Source: a virus
Lineage: Duplodnaviria > Caudoviricetes
Length of the DNA stretch: 64,000 nucleotides
IMG/VR virus record: IMGVR_UViG_3300028887_000078
Direction: 5' to 3' (one strand)
Part shown: positions 55,811-63,945 of the stretch, in pieces
Layout of the letters: each line of letters begins with the position of its first letter
How positions within the stretch are numbered: the stretch's first letter is position 1
Translations under genes and position numbers: made by a program
The notes under the pieces: model-generated
Databases searched by the model: none
The model's input: only the letters and a program-made list of their open reading frames with translations
What the model was told of the DNA's origin: nothing

Positions 55811-56209
55811 TTATGATATTTTTTCAAGGTCTATGACCGCCTTTTTCATTTCTTCAAGCAGCATAAGCGTTGTGTACTTGTGCCCGCCAATCATAGTTCC
55901 GTAGGCGTCGCCTGCGTGTGCGTAGTCCCAACCAATCCAATGCCCGCTTCCAAGCGGGTTCGGGCACCCATTGCCCTGTATCACAGTTGAAAAGGTCAGC
56001 CCCCCGTGTACGCCAAGGTTGATGCTTTCGTAATCACAACCGTAGTATTTTTCGGTTTTGTTTATTTTCAGGTATATGCAGGGGTGTGTCCCGTATGACA
56101 GGATTTTGAACTCCCTGCCCCTGTATTTGCCTTGTGAAAGGATTTTGATTGTGTCTCTTTCCTCCTGATACTCCATTTCGGAAATCAGGGAGATATTGTC
56201 GCTGTCCAT
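55811..56209 (-). CDS. Conserved phage protein (HGGLTF...WIGWDYAH family)
   Basis: HPC.Y, VHGGLTF, WIGWDYAH.GD motifs. Confidence 0.75.
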   Translation of the reverse strand: MDSDNISLISEMEYQEERDTIKILSQGKYRGREFKILSYGTHPCIYLKINKTEKYYGCDYESINLGVHGGLTFSTVIQGNGCPNPLGSGHWIGWDYAHAGDAYGTMIGGHKYTTLMLLEEMKKAVIDLEKIS

Positions 56210-56211
56210 CG

Positions 56212-56409
56212 TCAGAATAGTTTTTGTTTTTCTTTCACAGTTATTTTGTCAGCGTCTATTTTTCGGACGCAGTTCGGTTTTATCTCCACGAACTTGATTT
56301 TCTCCGCAATGTGGGAGATGAGTTCCCTGTCGCAGGAATCGCCTGCGATGTATCTGCCGTCTTTTGTTTCGCACAGGACGGTCACTTTTTTGATGTCGCT
56401 AACTTTCAT
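56212..56409 (-). CDS. Hypothetical protein
   Basis: 65-aa ORF in operon. Confidence 0.6.
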   Translation of the reverse strand: MKVSDIKKVTVLCETKDGRYIAGDSCDRELISHIAEKIKFVEIKPNCVRKIDADKITVKEKQKLF

Positions 56410-56905
56410 TGTTCAGGATTTTTCCTACACATTCGTTGAACTTGCACATATAGTCATACAGACCATATCGGATGAGATAGTTCCGTATTTCTTCAGTCTC
56501 GCTGGTTTCGAGTTTCAGTTGTTCCGCCGCATACATTCTCCCGCAGATTAGGAACGCCTTTCTGTGTATGTCGCTCAATGACAGGAGGTAGTTGAAGCAT
56601 TTTGAAACAACGTCCGCGTTGTAGCGGGTGATGTACTTCATATAGTTTTCAATGTGACTGATTGGTATGAGGTTCCATTTCAGACTGTCCATTGTGCAGC
56701 ATCTGTCTATGTCTTTTCTGTTGTCCACGCAGTTCTTCACGATTGCGACAACTGCGTCGTCGTCGAGGTCGAAGTGCATAGCGTGCTCACCGTCGTTCCA
56801 TAGTTGCCGCTCGAAGTCGGTTCCGAAGTGCATAGAAACCCGTTCGTTTTCCTGATAATACATAATGTCTTTTTTATTTTCCTGTTCAAGATTGGAGCGT
56901 TCCAT
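56399..56905 (-). CDS. Hypothetical protein
   Basis: 168-aa ORF in operon. Confidence 0.65.
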   Translation of the reverse strand: MERSNLEQENKKDIMYYQENERVSMHFGTDFERQLWNDGEHAMHFDLDDDAVVAIVKNCVDNRKDIDRCCTMDSLKWNLIPISHIENYMKYITRYNADVVSKCFNYLLSLSDIHRKAFLICGRMYAAEQLKLETSETEEIRNYLIRYGLYDYMCKFNECVGKILNNES

Positions 56906-56917
56906 ATAAATGCGCGT

Positions 56918-57241
56918 TTAGAGCATTTCGAGTTCCTGCTGCTTTTGTCTGATTTCCTTCGCGAGTTTCTCCTTGTAGATGGTGCTCCATCTTTGGTGGA
57001 TTTCGTCGCACAGGGACTTTGTTTCCTCCTCTGTCAGTTCAGGTTCTCCGAATGTCGGATAGTCGTGCCAACAGATGAACCCTTTCTTGTTGAAGGCGGC
57101 GAAGAATCCGTACCCTTCGATTGTGAACTTGCAGTCGACATATCCTTCTACTGTACTGCGTTCGAGACTCGTGATTTCAAACTCCCTGTTTTTAAGTTTT
57201 TCCGCGATGATTTCGCGAAGTTTTTCGATAAGTTCTTTCAT
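56918..57241 (-). CDS. Hypothetical protein
   Basis: 107-aa ORF in operon. Confidence 0.7.
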   Translation of the reverse strand: MKELIEKLREIIAEKLKNREFEITSLERSTVEGYVDCKFTIEGYGFFAAFNKKGFICWHDYPTFGEPELTEEETKSLCDEIHQRWSTIYKEKLAKEIRQKQQELEML

Positions 57242-57259
57242 AATATCTGTTTTTTTTTT

Positions 57260-57652
57260 TTAATTTTCTTTTATTTTTGCTTTCGTAACGGCATTCAGCA
57301 CCATCGCCTTTCCTGTCAGTCCGCCGACGCACGCCTTTTTCTCTTCCCGCTTGCCGCTTGGAATGTACACGATGTCGTGCGTCAGGTTGAAGTTGTCAGA
57401 ATATCCGCGCCCGTAGTTCGTCGTGATGACAATATCGGTAACACCCCCTTTGGTGAACAGGAAGTCTCTGTATGTGATGTGTCTCTGCGTCGTGTCGTTT
57501 TCATAGACATAGGTTATGTCCGTTTCGGTTTCCCACACCACGGTCTTGGTCTGTTCAAACAACAGAAACAACTGCACCGCGAGCGTAATCACGCCTATTA
57601 TAAGAATCGTTACTCCGATGGAGATTGTGCTGTTGATTTCTTTCGTGCTCAT
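57260..57652 (-). CDS. Membrane-anchored hypothetical protein
   Basis: N-terminal transmembrane helix; TTATATTCAA upstream. Confidence 0.7.
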   Translation of the reverse strand: MSTKEINSTISIGVTILIIGVITLAVQLFLLFEQTKTVVWETETDITYVYENDTTQRHITYRDFLFTKGGVTDIVITTNYGRGYSDNFNLTHDIVYIPSGKREEKKACVGGLTGKAMVLNAVTKAKIKEN

Positions 57653-57682
57653 AGTCCTTTTATTGAATATAATGTAAAATCA

Positions 57683-58162
57683 TCAAAGTTGGACATATTT
57701 TGAATATCTCCAATAACCCTGTTTCCCGTCCTTGCGTTCATCCTTTCGACAGGGGAGGCACGCTTCCCCGTTGGAGTTCAGTGCGCATCGGAGACATAGG
57801 TCTGAACCTGACAATGTGGGTTTTTCAATGAAGATGTAGTCGTTGACGCGTTCGACGCGCCAGTCGATTTCGATGTATTTCTCCTTTTTCCTTTTACCTA
57901 TTTTGGATTTCTTTTTTTCCAAGAGTTTCCGTTCCGCGTCTATGTGGTTTTTTTCAATGATTTCTCCAATGTTTTCGTCCTTGAGCAACCAAATGTATCC
58001 ACTGGCGGTTCGGTTCGCCTTCCACCAAATCGCATTTGAGATTGATGTTGCGTTTATGTTTGTTGCCCGTGCCGCTTCCGTGACGCTTTGGTATTCGGCG
58101 ATAAATTCACCTGTTGCTGAATACTGTCTTACGACAGTCGAGTTCTTTCGCAGTATTGCCAT
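57683..58162 (-). CDS. NUMOD1-type HTH DNA-binding protein with C-terminal Cys cluster
   Basis: V.QYS.TGEFI.EY.S+.EAAR......SI..A......TA.GY.W; no nuclease domain seen; start at ATG 58162. Confidence 0.75.
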   Translation of the reverse strand: MAILRKNSTVVRQYSATGEFIAEYQSVTEAARATNINATSISNAIWWKANRTASGYIWLLKDENIGEIIEKNHIDAERKLLEKKKSKIGKRKKEKYIEIDWRVERVNDYIFIEKPTLSGSDLCLRCALNSNGEACLPCRKDERKDGKQGYWRYSKYVQL

Positions 58163-58196
58163 TTTTCTTTCTTTTTGTTGAATATAATGGAATTTT

Positions 58197-58712
58197 TCAG
58201 AAATTTGGATTGTATGATATGTTCGTGCTGACGTTGATTTCCTCCACGGCGAGAATTTCATAACGGTTGTCGTCCTTTGACCGCATCACATTCTCCATAT
58301 AGTCCGCTATTGCTTTCCTGCCGTTACAATCCCGCAACTTTATCTCGACGGATTTGACGTGGATTGTCAGTGTGGTGTTCCGCGCGTCCCGTGTCAGAAC
58401 CACTCCCTGTTTAAGGTCGCCTGTCTTTTCGGTTATGCCGTTTGTGTCCATATCGGCAATCTTTCCGAAAATGCCGTCCTCCACCAATGCCTTTTCAAAT
58501 TCGGCAGACCTTGCGTTCCTGTTGAAATATATTGAGATTGTGTCGTCGAATGCGAGGTTTCCGTAGTACTTGTCGCTCGCACCTATGCAGCATTTCACAT
58601 TCATAACGAACTCGTACTTCCTGTACGATATTTCACCCTCGAATATGTTGAAACCGTTGCATTTTGGTTTCACCATAGAATGTTCCAACAATTCCGTTTC
58701 AGTCAGTCTCAT
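58197..58712 (-). CDS. Hypothetical protein, tag family (MRLTET)
   Basis: Start at ATG 58712, behind TTATATTCAA. Confidence 0.7.
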   Translation of the reverse strand: MRLTETELLEHSMVKPKCNGFNIFEGEISYRKYEFVMNVKCCIGASDKYYGNLAFDDTISIYFNRNARSAEFEKALVEDGIFGKIADMDTNGITEKTGDLKQGVVLTRDARNTTLTIHVKSVEIKLRDCNGRKAIADYMENVMRSKDDNRYEILAVEEINVSTNISYNPNF

Positions 58713-58761
58713 AGTTTTTCTTGAATATAATGGAAACTGAAAAAGACCGAAAAACAACCCG

Positions 58762-58801
58762 TATAAATATATTGTCGGTATTGATATATCGGCGATATAT
58801 T
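58762..58801 (+). promoter_or_regulatory. Late promoter followed by a GATATATC box
   Basis: TATAAATA 58762-58769; GATATATC GGC GATATATT 58783-58801. Confidence 0.7.
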
Positions 58802-58840
58802 GTAGTTGAATTTAGTATTAACCCTTAAAACTCTAATTGG

Positions 58841-59977
58841 ATGCAAATTCAGAAAGTATGTGTAAGTGATGGTGACACATTGGAACAAAAAACCATCAAT
58901 GTCCCCGTTGAGAACGGCGAGAAAATCATTTCAACAGAACCATACATTTTAGACTGTATCAACAAGTACAGGGCAAGTTGGGGCGGAAGCACGCTTGAGG
59001 ACATCTCCGACTTTGAAAAGTCAGGAAGCAACCAGCTGCTTGAAAACGTGACCATCGAAAGGACTGACGACAAGTTCGTGATAGACCTCAACAAGAAGTA
59101 TGACTACCAAATGCCCGTTGAGAGCGAACCCGAAGAAGTAGTGTCGAGTTTCGATGTCGGTGTCAAGTACAAGATTCCCGTCGCCGCAAACACGAAAAAT
59201 GGCATCAACATTTCAATCAAGGACTCAATCAAACTTGCGGTCAAGAACGAATTGCGTGCCGCCGCAGTGACGCACAACACGTCCAATGCCTATTCAGCGC
59301 ATATAGACGAGTGTATCAACGGAGGTTACTATGTGACCATTCAGGGAGTGAAGTGCTTTATGCCTGGCAGCACGGCAAGTCTTTACAAACTGAAGGACTT
59401 CGAGAGCATTGTCGGAACCGATGTGATGGTCATACCCACTATGTACAATATGCAGCGGGACATCGTTGTCGTTTCGCACACCGCTTTCCTTGAGGCAATC
59501 AAACCGACCGTGCTTGACAGGGTTATGCAGGAAGAGAGGGACAATGAGTTCACAGGTGTTGTCACGATGCGCAAGCACGAATATTTGCTCATCACATTCA
59601 ACGAGTGTCTTGCAGGAAAACTGTCCTATGCCGATATGGACGACGAGACGAAGGAACTTTTCAACAGCAATATGATAGAGGTTGAAAAGACCGAACTCAA
59701 GTTCAAAATCGACTATGAGCAGAACGGTCAGTTGCTTCTCACACAGACGTTCAGGACGCGCAAGATATGGGACGAGAAGGTTGACGAGGAGTTCAAACCG
59801 AAATCGGTTATGGACGGCGTGGTTGTCGGGAACTCGAAGAAGTTCACCCTCGTGCAGTTGAAGTACGGCATCATCGGAACGCTCCCGTACAATGAAAGCG
59901 CAACGAACGGCGAACATCTGAAAGTCAAGATTGTGAGCGTGGACAAGGAATCAAGAAAAATAAAACTTGCACTATGA
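58841..59977 (+). CDS. Ribosomal protein S1-like multi-OB protein
   Basis: NGGY.V.I.GV.CFMPGS, VVVS, and terminal G..LKVKIVSVD.E.RKI.L S1 repeats. Confidence 0.8.
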   Translation: MQIQKVCVSDGDTLEQKTINVPVENGEKIISTEPYILDCINKYRASWGGSTLEDISDFEKSGSNQLLENVTIERTDDKFVIDLNKKYDYQMPVESEPEEVVSSFDVGVKYKIPVAANTKNGINISIKDSIKLAVKNELRAAAVTHNTSNAYSAHIDECINGGYYVTIQGVKCFMPGSTASLYKLKDFESIVGTDVMVIPTMYNMQRDIVVVSHTAFLEAIKPTVLDRVMQEERDNEFTGVVTMRKHEYLLITFNECLAGKLSYADMDDETKELFNSNMIEVEKTELKFKIDYEQNGQLLLTQTFRTRKIWDEKVDEEFKPKSVMDGVVVGNSKKFTLVQLKYGIIGTLPYNESATNGEHLKVKIVSVDKESRKIKLAL

Positions 59978-60186
59978 TAACAGAAAACAAACCGACAATC
60001 ACGAATGTGGTGTACTCCTCCATAACGAAGGACTTGATTGTAACCTATTCGGATGGCAACATAACCAAGTACCTGAATGTTCCGCAGGATGTGTACGAAA
60101 GCATCATCAACAGCGGAAAGGTCGTTTCGGACTACCTGAAGGAGAACCTTGACGCGAACTACAGGAAATTACAAAGCGTTCTGTGA
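59974..60186 (+). CDS. KTSC-domain protein
   Basis: I..V.Y......L.V.Y..G....Y.NVP..VY..+..S. Confidence 0.8.
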   Translation: MITENKPTITNVVYSSITKDLIVTYSDGNITKYLNVPQDVYESIINSGKVVSDYLKENLDANYRKLQSVL

Positions 60187-60367
60187 AAGATTCAGCATTT
60201 CAAGGTTGAATATGAAATGAAACAATTATAAATAAAATGTAGGTGTGGGACGCACCGAATTTAAGCGTGTGGAGATGCGGGAAATAATTTTGAACGCTAT
60301 AAAGCATCCAAAACAATCAGCATCGTTGAATCACGAAGATTCCACCTTTAGGGTGGAAACAGTTCAC
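60173..60367 (+). mobile_element. ORF-less IS200/IS605-type miniature element carrying a late promoter and an omegaRNA
   Basis: Target TTAC (60169-60172); AAAG followed by left hairpin ATTCAGC/GTTGAAT; right hairpin TTCCACC/GGTGGAA ending GTTCAC. Confidence 0.75.
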
Positions 60368-60387
60368 AAAGTGTTTAACATAAAAAA
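60240..60387 (+). ncRNA. Stand-alone omegaRNA (scaffold 60240-60367, predicted guide 60368-60387)
   Basis: TAGGTGT..GCACCGAATTTA.GC.TG.GGAG...TCGTTGAA.CA.GAA shared with the tnpB1 3' end, with covarying stems; TATAAATA at 60227-60234. Confidence 0.75.
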
Positions 60388-60397
60388 ATAAAATACT

Positions 60398-61504
60398 ATG
60401 TCAGCAAAAGACGATACAACAAAACAGTATGAGGAAGACCTCATCAAAGAATTTTCCGAAAGAAACGAAACCTCAAACGAAGTGCCTATGGAACTCGGCG
60501 CGGGCAATGTGTACGGCAGACCCGACGAACACGAACCTGTGCGAGACCTCGGCAAGGTGAAGAACCCAGGAAACCGCCCGAATTTTATGACAAGGGATGA
60601 GTTGGACAACGACCCTGAAGTGCAGCGTATGAACTCGCTTCTGAACTATGTTCGGGTTCCGATTGAGAACTTCCCGTCGGAAGGTCGTTTCTACGCGGAC
60701 GACATAAGCGTGCACATCCGCGCCTGCCGTGTGGGTGAAATCCGCGAATACTCAATGATGGACGAAAGCAATCCGAACGACATCATCGACAAGATGAACT
60801 ATATGCTTGCAAACTGCACGAAGGTTTCCTTCGGAGGTATGCCCGGCAGTTACAAGGACTTGCTTGAGCACGACCGTTTCTATCTCATCAAGAGGATTCA
60901 GGAACTCACGTTCAAGAACGGAGAGACCGTCATCAACATCCCTGTTCCTGACGGTGCGTGCAAGACACCGGGTTGCAAACCGCAGACGGAGGTGAAACTG
61001 ACGAGCGATATGCTCGAAAGACCCGAACCTGACCCGCAGTTGGAGAAATACTACGACCCCGAAAACAAGTGCTATTCAATCAAGACGAAGCACTACGGCA
61101 CAATCCAAATCGCCCCGCCGACCATCGGTGTGACAAGCATTGTGAGGGATTGGGCAATCGAAAGGACGCAGAACCAAAAGCATTGGGACCAAGCGCTCGT
61201 GCAAATCATCCCGTTCTTCCGTCGTGATTGGCGCCAGTTCAAGGAGAAGGACGTGTTCAACCTCGCAACCGAGTTCGAGAATTGGGACGCCACGAAGTTC
61301 ACCCTCATCTACAGAATGATTGAAAAAATAAATGCGACAGTCGGAATGTCCCCGAACATCCACGTCCGTTGCGAGTCTTGCGGAGGGGATATGGAAATCC
61401 CCGTGATGTTTCAGACCACAAGTGACGATGGACAGGAAGTACGAGGAGGATTCAAATCGCTATTTGTTCCGCCTATTTCAAATCAACTTGACGAACTTCT
61501 TTAG
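60398..61504 (+). CDS. Baseplate hub assembly protein (T4 gp26-like)
   Basis: PSEGRFY, IR...V.E, DL...DR.Y+...I..LTF, P.IG, CESCG; followed by a gp51-like ORF. Confidence 0.7.
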   Translation: MSAKDDTTKQYEEDLIKEFSERNETSNEVPMELGAGNVYGRPDEHEPVRDLGKVKNPGNRPNFMTRDELDNDPEVQRMNSLLNYVRVPIENFPSEGRFYADDISVHIRACRVGEIREYSMMDESNPNDIIDKMNYMLANCTKVSFGGMPGSYKDLLEHDRFYLIKRIQELTFKNGETVINIPVPDGACKTPGCKPQTEVKLTSDMLERPEPDPQLEKYYDPENKCYSIKTKHYGTIQIAPPTIGVTSIVRDWAIERTQNQKHWDQALVQIIPFFRRDWRQFKEKDVFNLATEFENWDATKFTLIYRMIEKINATVGMSPNIHVRCESCGGDMEIPVMFQTTSDDGQEVRGGFKSLFVPPISNQLDELL

Positions 61505-61751
61505 GACAAGGGTTCTGCTGATGGAGAATTGGCACATCCAACCTTCGGAAATCGACGCGATGCAGTATTGGGAGTACGAAATCTCCCTCGAAGAGTACGA
61601 AAAGATTCTGAAGGAAAGAAAGGAGGAGCAGGACAAGGAACAGGAGGGTATGAATATGAACCCGCAGAAGATGGGAAGCGATATGATGAAACAGGCGCAG
61701 AGCAACTTCAAGATGCCGAGTATGCCGAACATCAGTATGCCGCACATCTAA
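61464..61751 (+). CDS. Baseplate hub assembly catalyst (T4 gp51-like)
   Basis: L.NFF....LLM..WH.QPSEID.M.YWEYEI; no ATG before the conserved part (TTG 61464 or GTG 61422). Confidence 0.65.
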   Translation: MFRLFQINLTNFFRTRVLLMENWHIQPSEIDAMQYWEYEISLEEYEKILKERKEEQDKEQEGMNMNPQKMGSDMMKQAQSNFKMPSMPNISMPHI

Positions 61752-61767
61752 TCCACCTGCAAAAAAG

Positions 61768-61794
61768 AAAGACCGCCAAACGGCGGTCTTTTTT
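61768..61794. terminator. Bidirectional terminator
   Basis: AAAGACCGCC/GGCGGTCTTT followed by a T-run. Confidence 0.75.
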
Positions 61795-61859
61795 GTTTGG
61801 AATTATCCATTTTGGTATTGTTGCATCAAATCAAAAAATATCAATGGAATGGATGTCTG

Positions 61860-62366
61860 TTAATTTTCCGATACTTCAAATGTTTCTTGCAAATAATCAC
61901 CAACTATAATTTCATTGTTTGAAATGACATTTATGATGTTGTCAACATCATTTGTGAATGCTGTACAAACCGTTTCGATTTTTTCTAAATCTGAAATGTT
62001 TTCTTTTTTGAATTTTTCTGCGGTAATTCTTTTTATCATTTCAGATTCATTATAATCATAATCGGATATAAGCATCCTTTTCAATGTTTTTTCTTTGCTG
62101 ATATTGTCTTTAATATCAAGGAATTTCAAATTGTCTATACTTGCTTTTAATTCATTTATCCAATGTGTAAAATTTATATTTGTGCAGTCAAATAATTGAC
62201 AGTATTTACACAAACACCAATTTTCAACAAGTTGAAAACGTAGTCCATCTACACGTTCTTTGTATTTTTTCAATGGAACTGCCATTTCATATATCATTCC
62301 AATGCGGTTAATCGTATCGGATACGGACTCATTTGTCATTTCAGAAACCTTTTTAATGTGCGGCAT
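61860..62366 (-). CDS. AT-rich helical protein (weak DUF29-like) with propeptide-like leader
   Basis: MPHIKKVSEMTNES; QLVENW...HW..EL. Confidence 0.55.
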   Translation of the reverse strand: MPHIKKVSEMTNESVSDTINRIGMIYEMAVPLKKYKERVDGLRFQLVENWCLCKYCQLFDCTNINFTHWINELKASIDNLKFLDIKDNISKEKTLKRMLISDYDYNESEMIKRITAEKFKKENISDLEKIETVCTAFTNDVDNIINVISNNEIIVGDYLQETFEVSEN

Positions 62367-62468
62367 AGCATTATTTTTATATCTCTTTATTGAATATAAT
62401 AAAAATCTTGCAAAAATACGCTTTTTGCAAGATTAAAGGTACAATTCCGTTTTTTTTTGTTTTCTGTA

Positions 62469-63128
62469 TCATTGGAAAAACTCTTCCTTGTCGAACATAA
62501 AGAACGTGTAGCATTTTTGGGGGTTGAGGTTCCCGTGCGACACCCATTCTTCATACAGCCTGCTTTCAACATTGGAGATGTAGAACATTCTTGTCATATT
62601 GCAGGCGGACTTCACATTCCACGTCGAAATGTCCTGATTGAATGTGCAGTTTCCCTCGAACATCCTTGAGAAATCTATCACGTTCGAGACATTCCATTGC
62701 GAGATGTCCCCGTTGAAGTTGCTCCCCGCGAACATAGACGACATCATCCTGACGTTCGATACGTCCCATACCGACAGGGCGTTCTGCGAGTCGTCGGTGA
62801 ATTTTGTCTGCTTGAACATACTGTTCATAGTGAGTGTGTCCCCGAACTCCCACATAGAGAGGTCGCAGAAAATGCTGCTCCCCGCGAACATAGTGTCGAA
62901 GTTCCTGACGTTACGCACGTCCCATCCGCTTATGTCCATACGCATATCGGCGTTCACAAACAGATGCGACATATCCTCTATCTGTGAGACGTCTATGAAG
63001 TTGAGGTCTGCGTCATTGCCGTTCGTTTTGCATTCATTGAGGCATATTCGTATCAGTTCACTGCAATTTTTCACACTGACTGACTTGAAACGAATTGACC
63101 TGCCGATTCCGCTTTCTGATATTTTCAT
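62469..63128 (-). CDS. DUF285/BspA-like repeat protein with MKISES tag
   Basis: ADLNFIDVS cap; DIS.W.V.NV..MF repeats. Confidence 0.88.
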   Translation of the reverse strand: MKISESGIGRSIRFKSVSVKNCSELIRICLNECKTNGNDADLNFIDVSQIEDMSHLFVNADMRMDISGWDVRNVRNFDTMFAGSSIFCDLSMWEFGDTLTMNSMFKQTKFTDDSQNALSVWDVSNVRMMSSMFAGSNFNGDISQWNVSNVIDFSRMFEGNCTFNQDISTWNVKSACNMTRMFYISNVESRLYEEWVSHGNLNPQKCYTFFMFDKEEFFQ

Positions 63129-63131
63129 TTT

Positions 63132-63761
63132 TCAAGTTGTTGGATTAGGCGTTTCTTCCTTCAGGAGTTTCTTTCTCTGATTGTTGAAAACATTGCGTGG
63201 GTATTTATACGATTTGGTATCGTCAAGTATACCTGTCACGTCGGTTATCAACCTGACATACTTGACAAGCGGTTCCATAGAATATACAAGCGGTGTTCCG
63301 AAAAACATATACGACATATCAATTATCCCCTCAAGGTTCCAACCGCTTATGTCGGAATTGAAGTTGGACATAGAAAACATCATCTGCGCGTACTTCACGT
63401 TTCTGACGTCCCATTTCTCTATCCCGTGCCCGTCAAAATCGGACTTGTGGAACATTCTCGACGAGTTTATCAGGTTACTTGTATCCCAAAGGTCGAGACT
63501 TCCGTTGAATTTCGTGTATGCGAACATACCTTCCATTATCTCCACGTTTGAGACATCCCACAGGGAAACGTCCCCGCAGAATTTTGTGGTGGAGAACAAC
63601 GCGTGCATATTGATTATCTGCGAAACGTCGAAGTGGTTGAGGTCTGCGTCGTCACCGAGTCTTGACAGTTCCTCCCTGACGCTTTTCCACAGGTCGACAG
63701 TCTCCGTGAATATGCGCTTCGGGACTGTCAGCGTGTTGCCGATGTCTGTCAGTCTCGCCAT
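63132..63761 (-). CDS. DUF285/BspA-like repeat protein with MARLTD tag
   Basis: ADLNHFDVS cap; W(D/N)V.NV..M..MF repeats. Confidence 0.88.
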   Translation of the reverse strand: MARLTDIGNTLTVPKRIFTETVDLWKSVREELSRLGDDADLNHFDVSQIINMHALFSTTKFCGDVSLWDVSNVEIMEGMFAYTKFNGSLDLWDTSNLINSSRMFHKSDFDGHGIEKWDVRNVKYAQMMFSMSNFNSDISGWNLEGIIDMSYMFFGTPLVYSMEPLVKYVRLITDVTGILDDTKSYKYPRNVFNNQRKKLLKEETPNPTT

Positions 63762-63762
63762 A

Positions 63763-63945
63763 TTAGAACATCGGGTCGTCGTAATACTCGTCCAATCCGT
63801 CGTCTATCTCGTCGGTGCAGTCGTTTTCATAGACATAGTCGTCCATAATGTTCTTTGCGGCGGCAAGGGTTTCCTTGTCCACATAGTATCCGTCGTTGTG
63901 AAGCGAGAGTATGAACCTCGCGCAGGTTACAGCATCTTGTTCCAT
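63763..63945 (-). CDS. Small acidic hypothetical protein
   Basis: 60-aa ORF coupled to the downstream gene. Confidence 0.55.
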   Translation of the reverse strand: MEQDAVTCARFILSLHNDGYYVDKETLAAAKNIMDDYVYENDCTDEIDDGLDEYYDDPMF

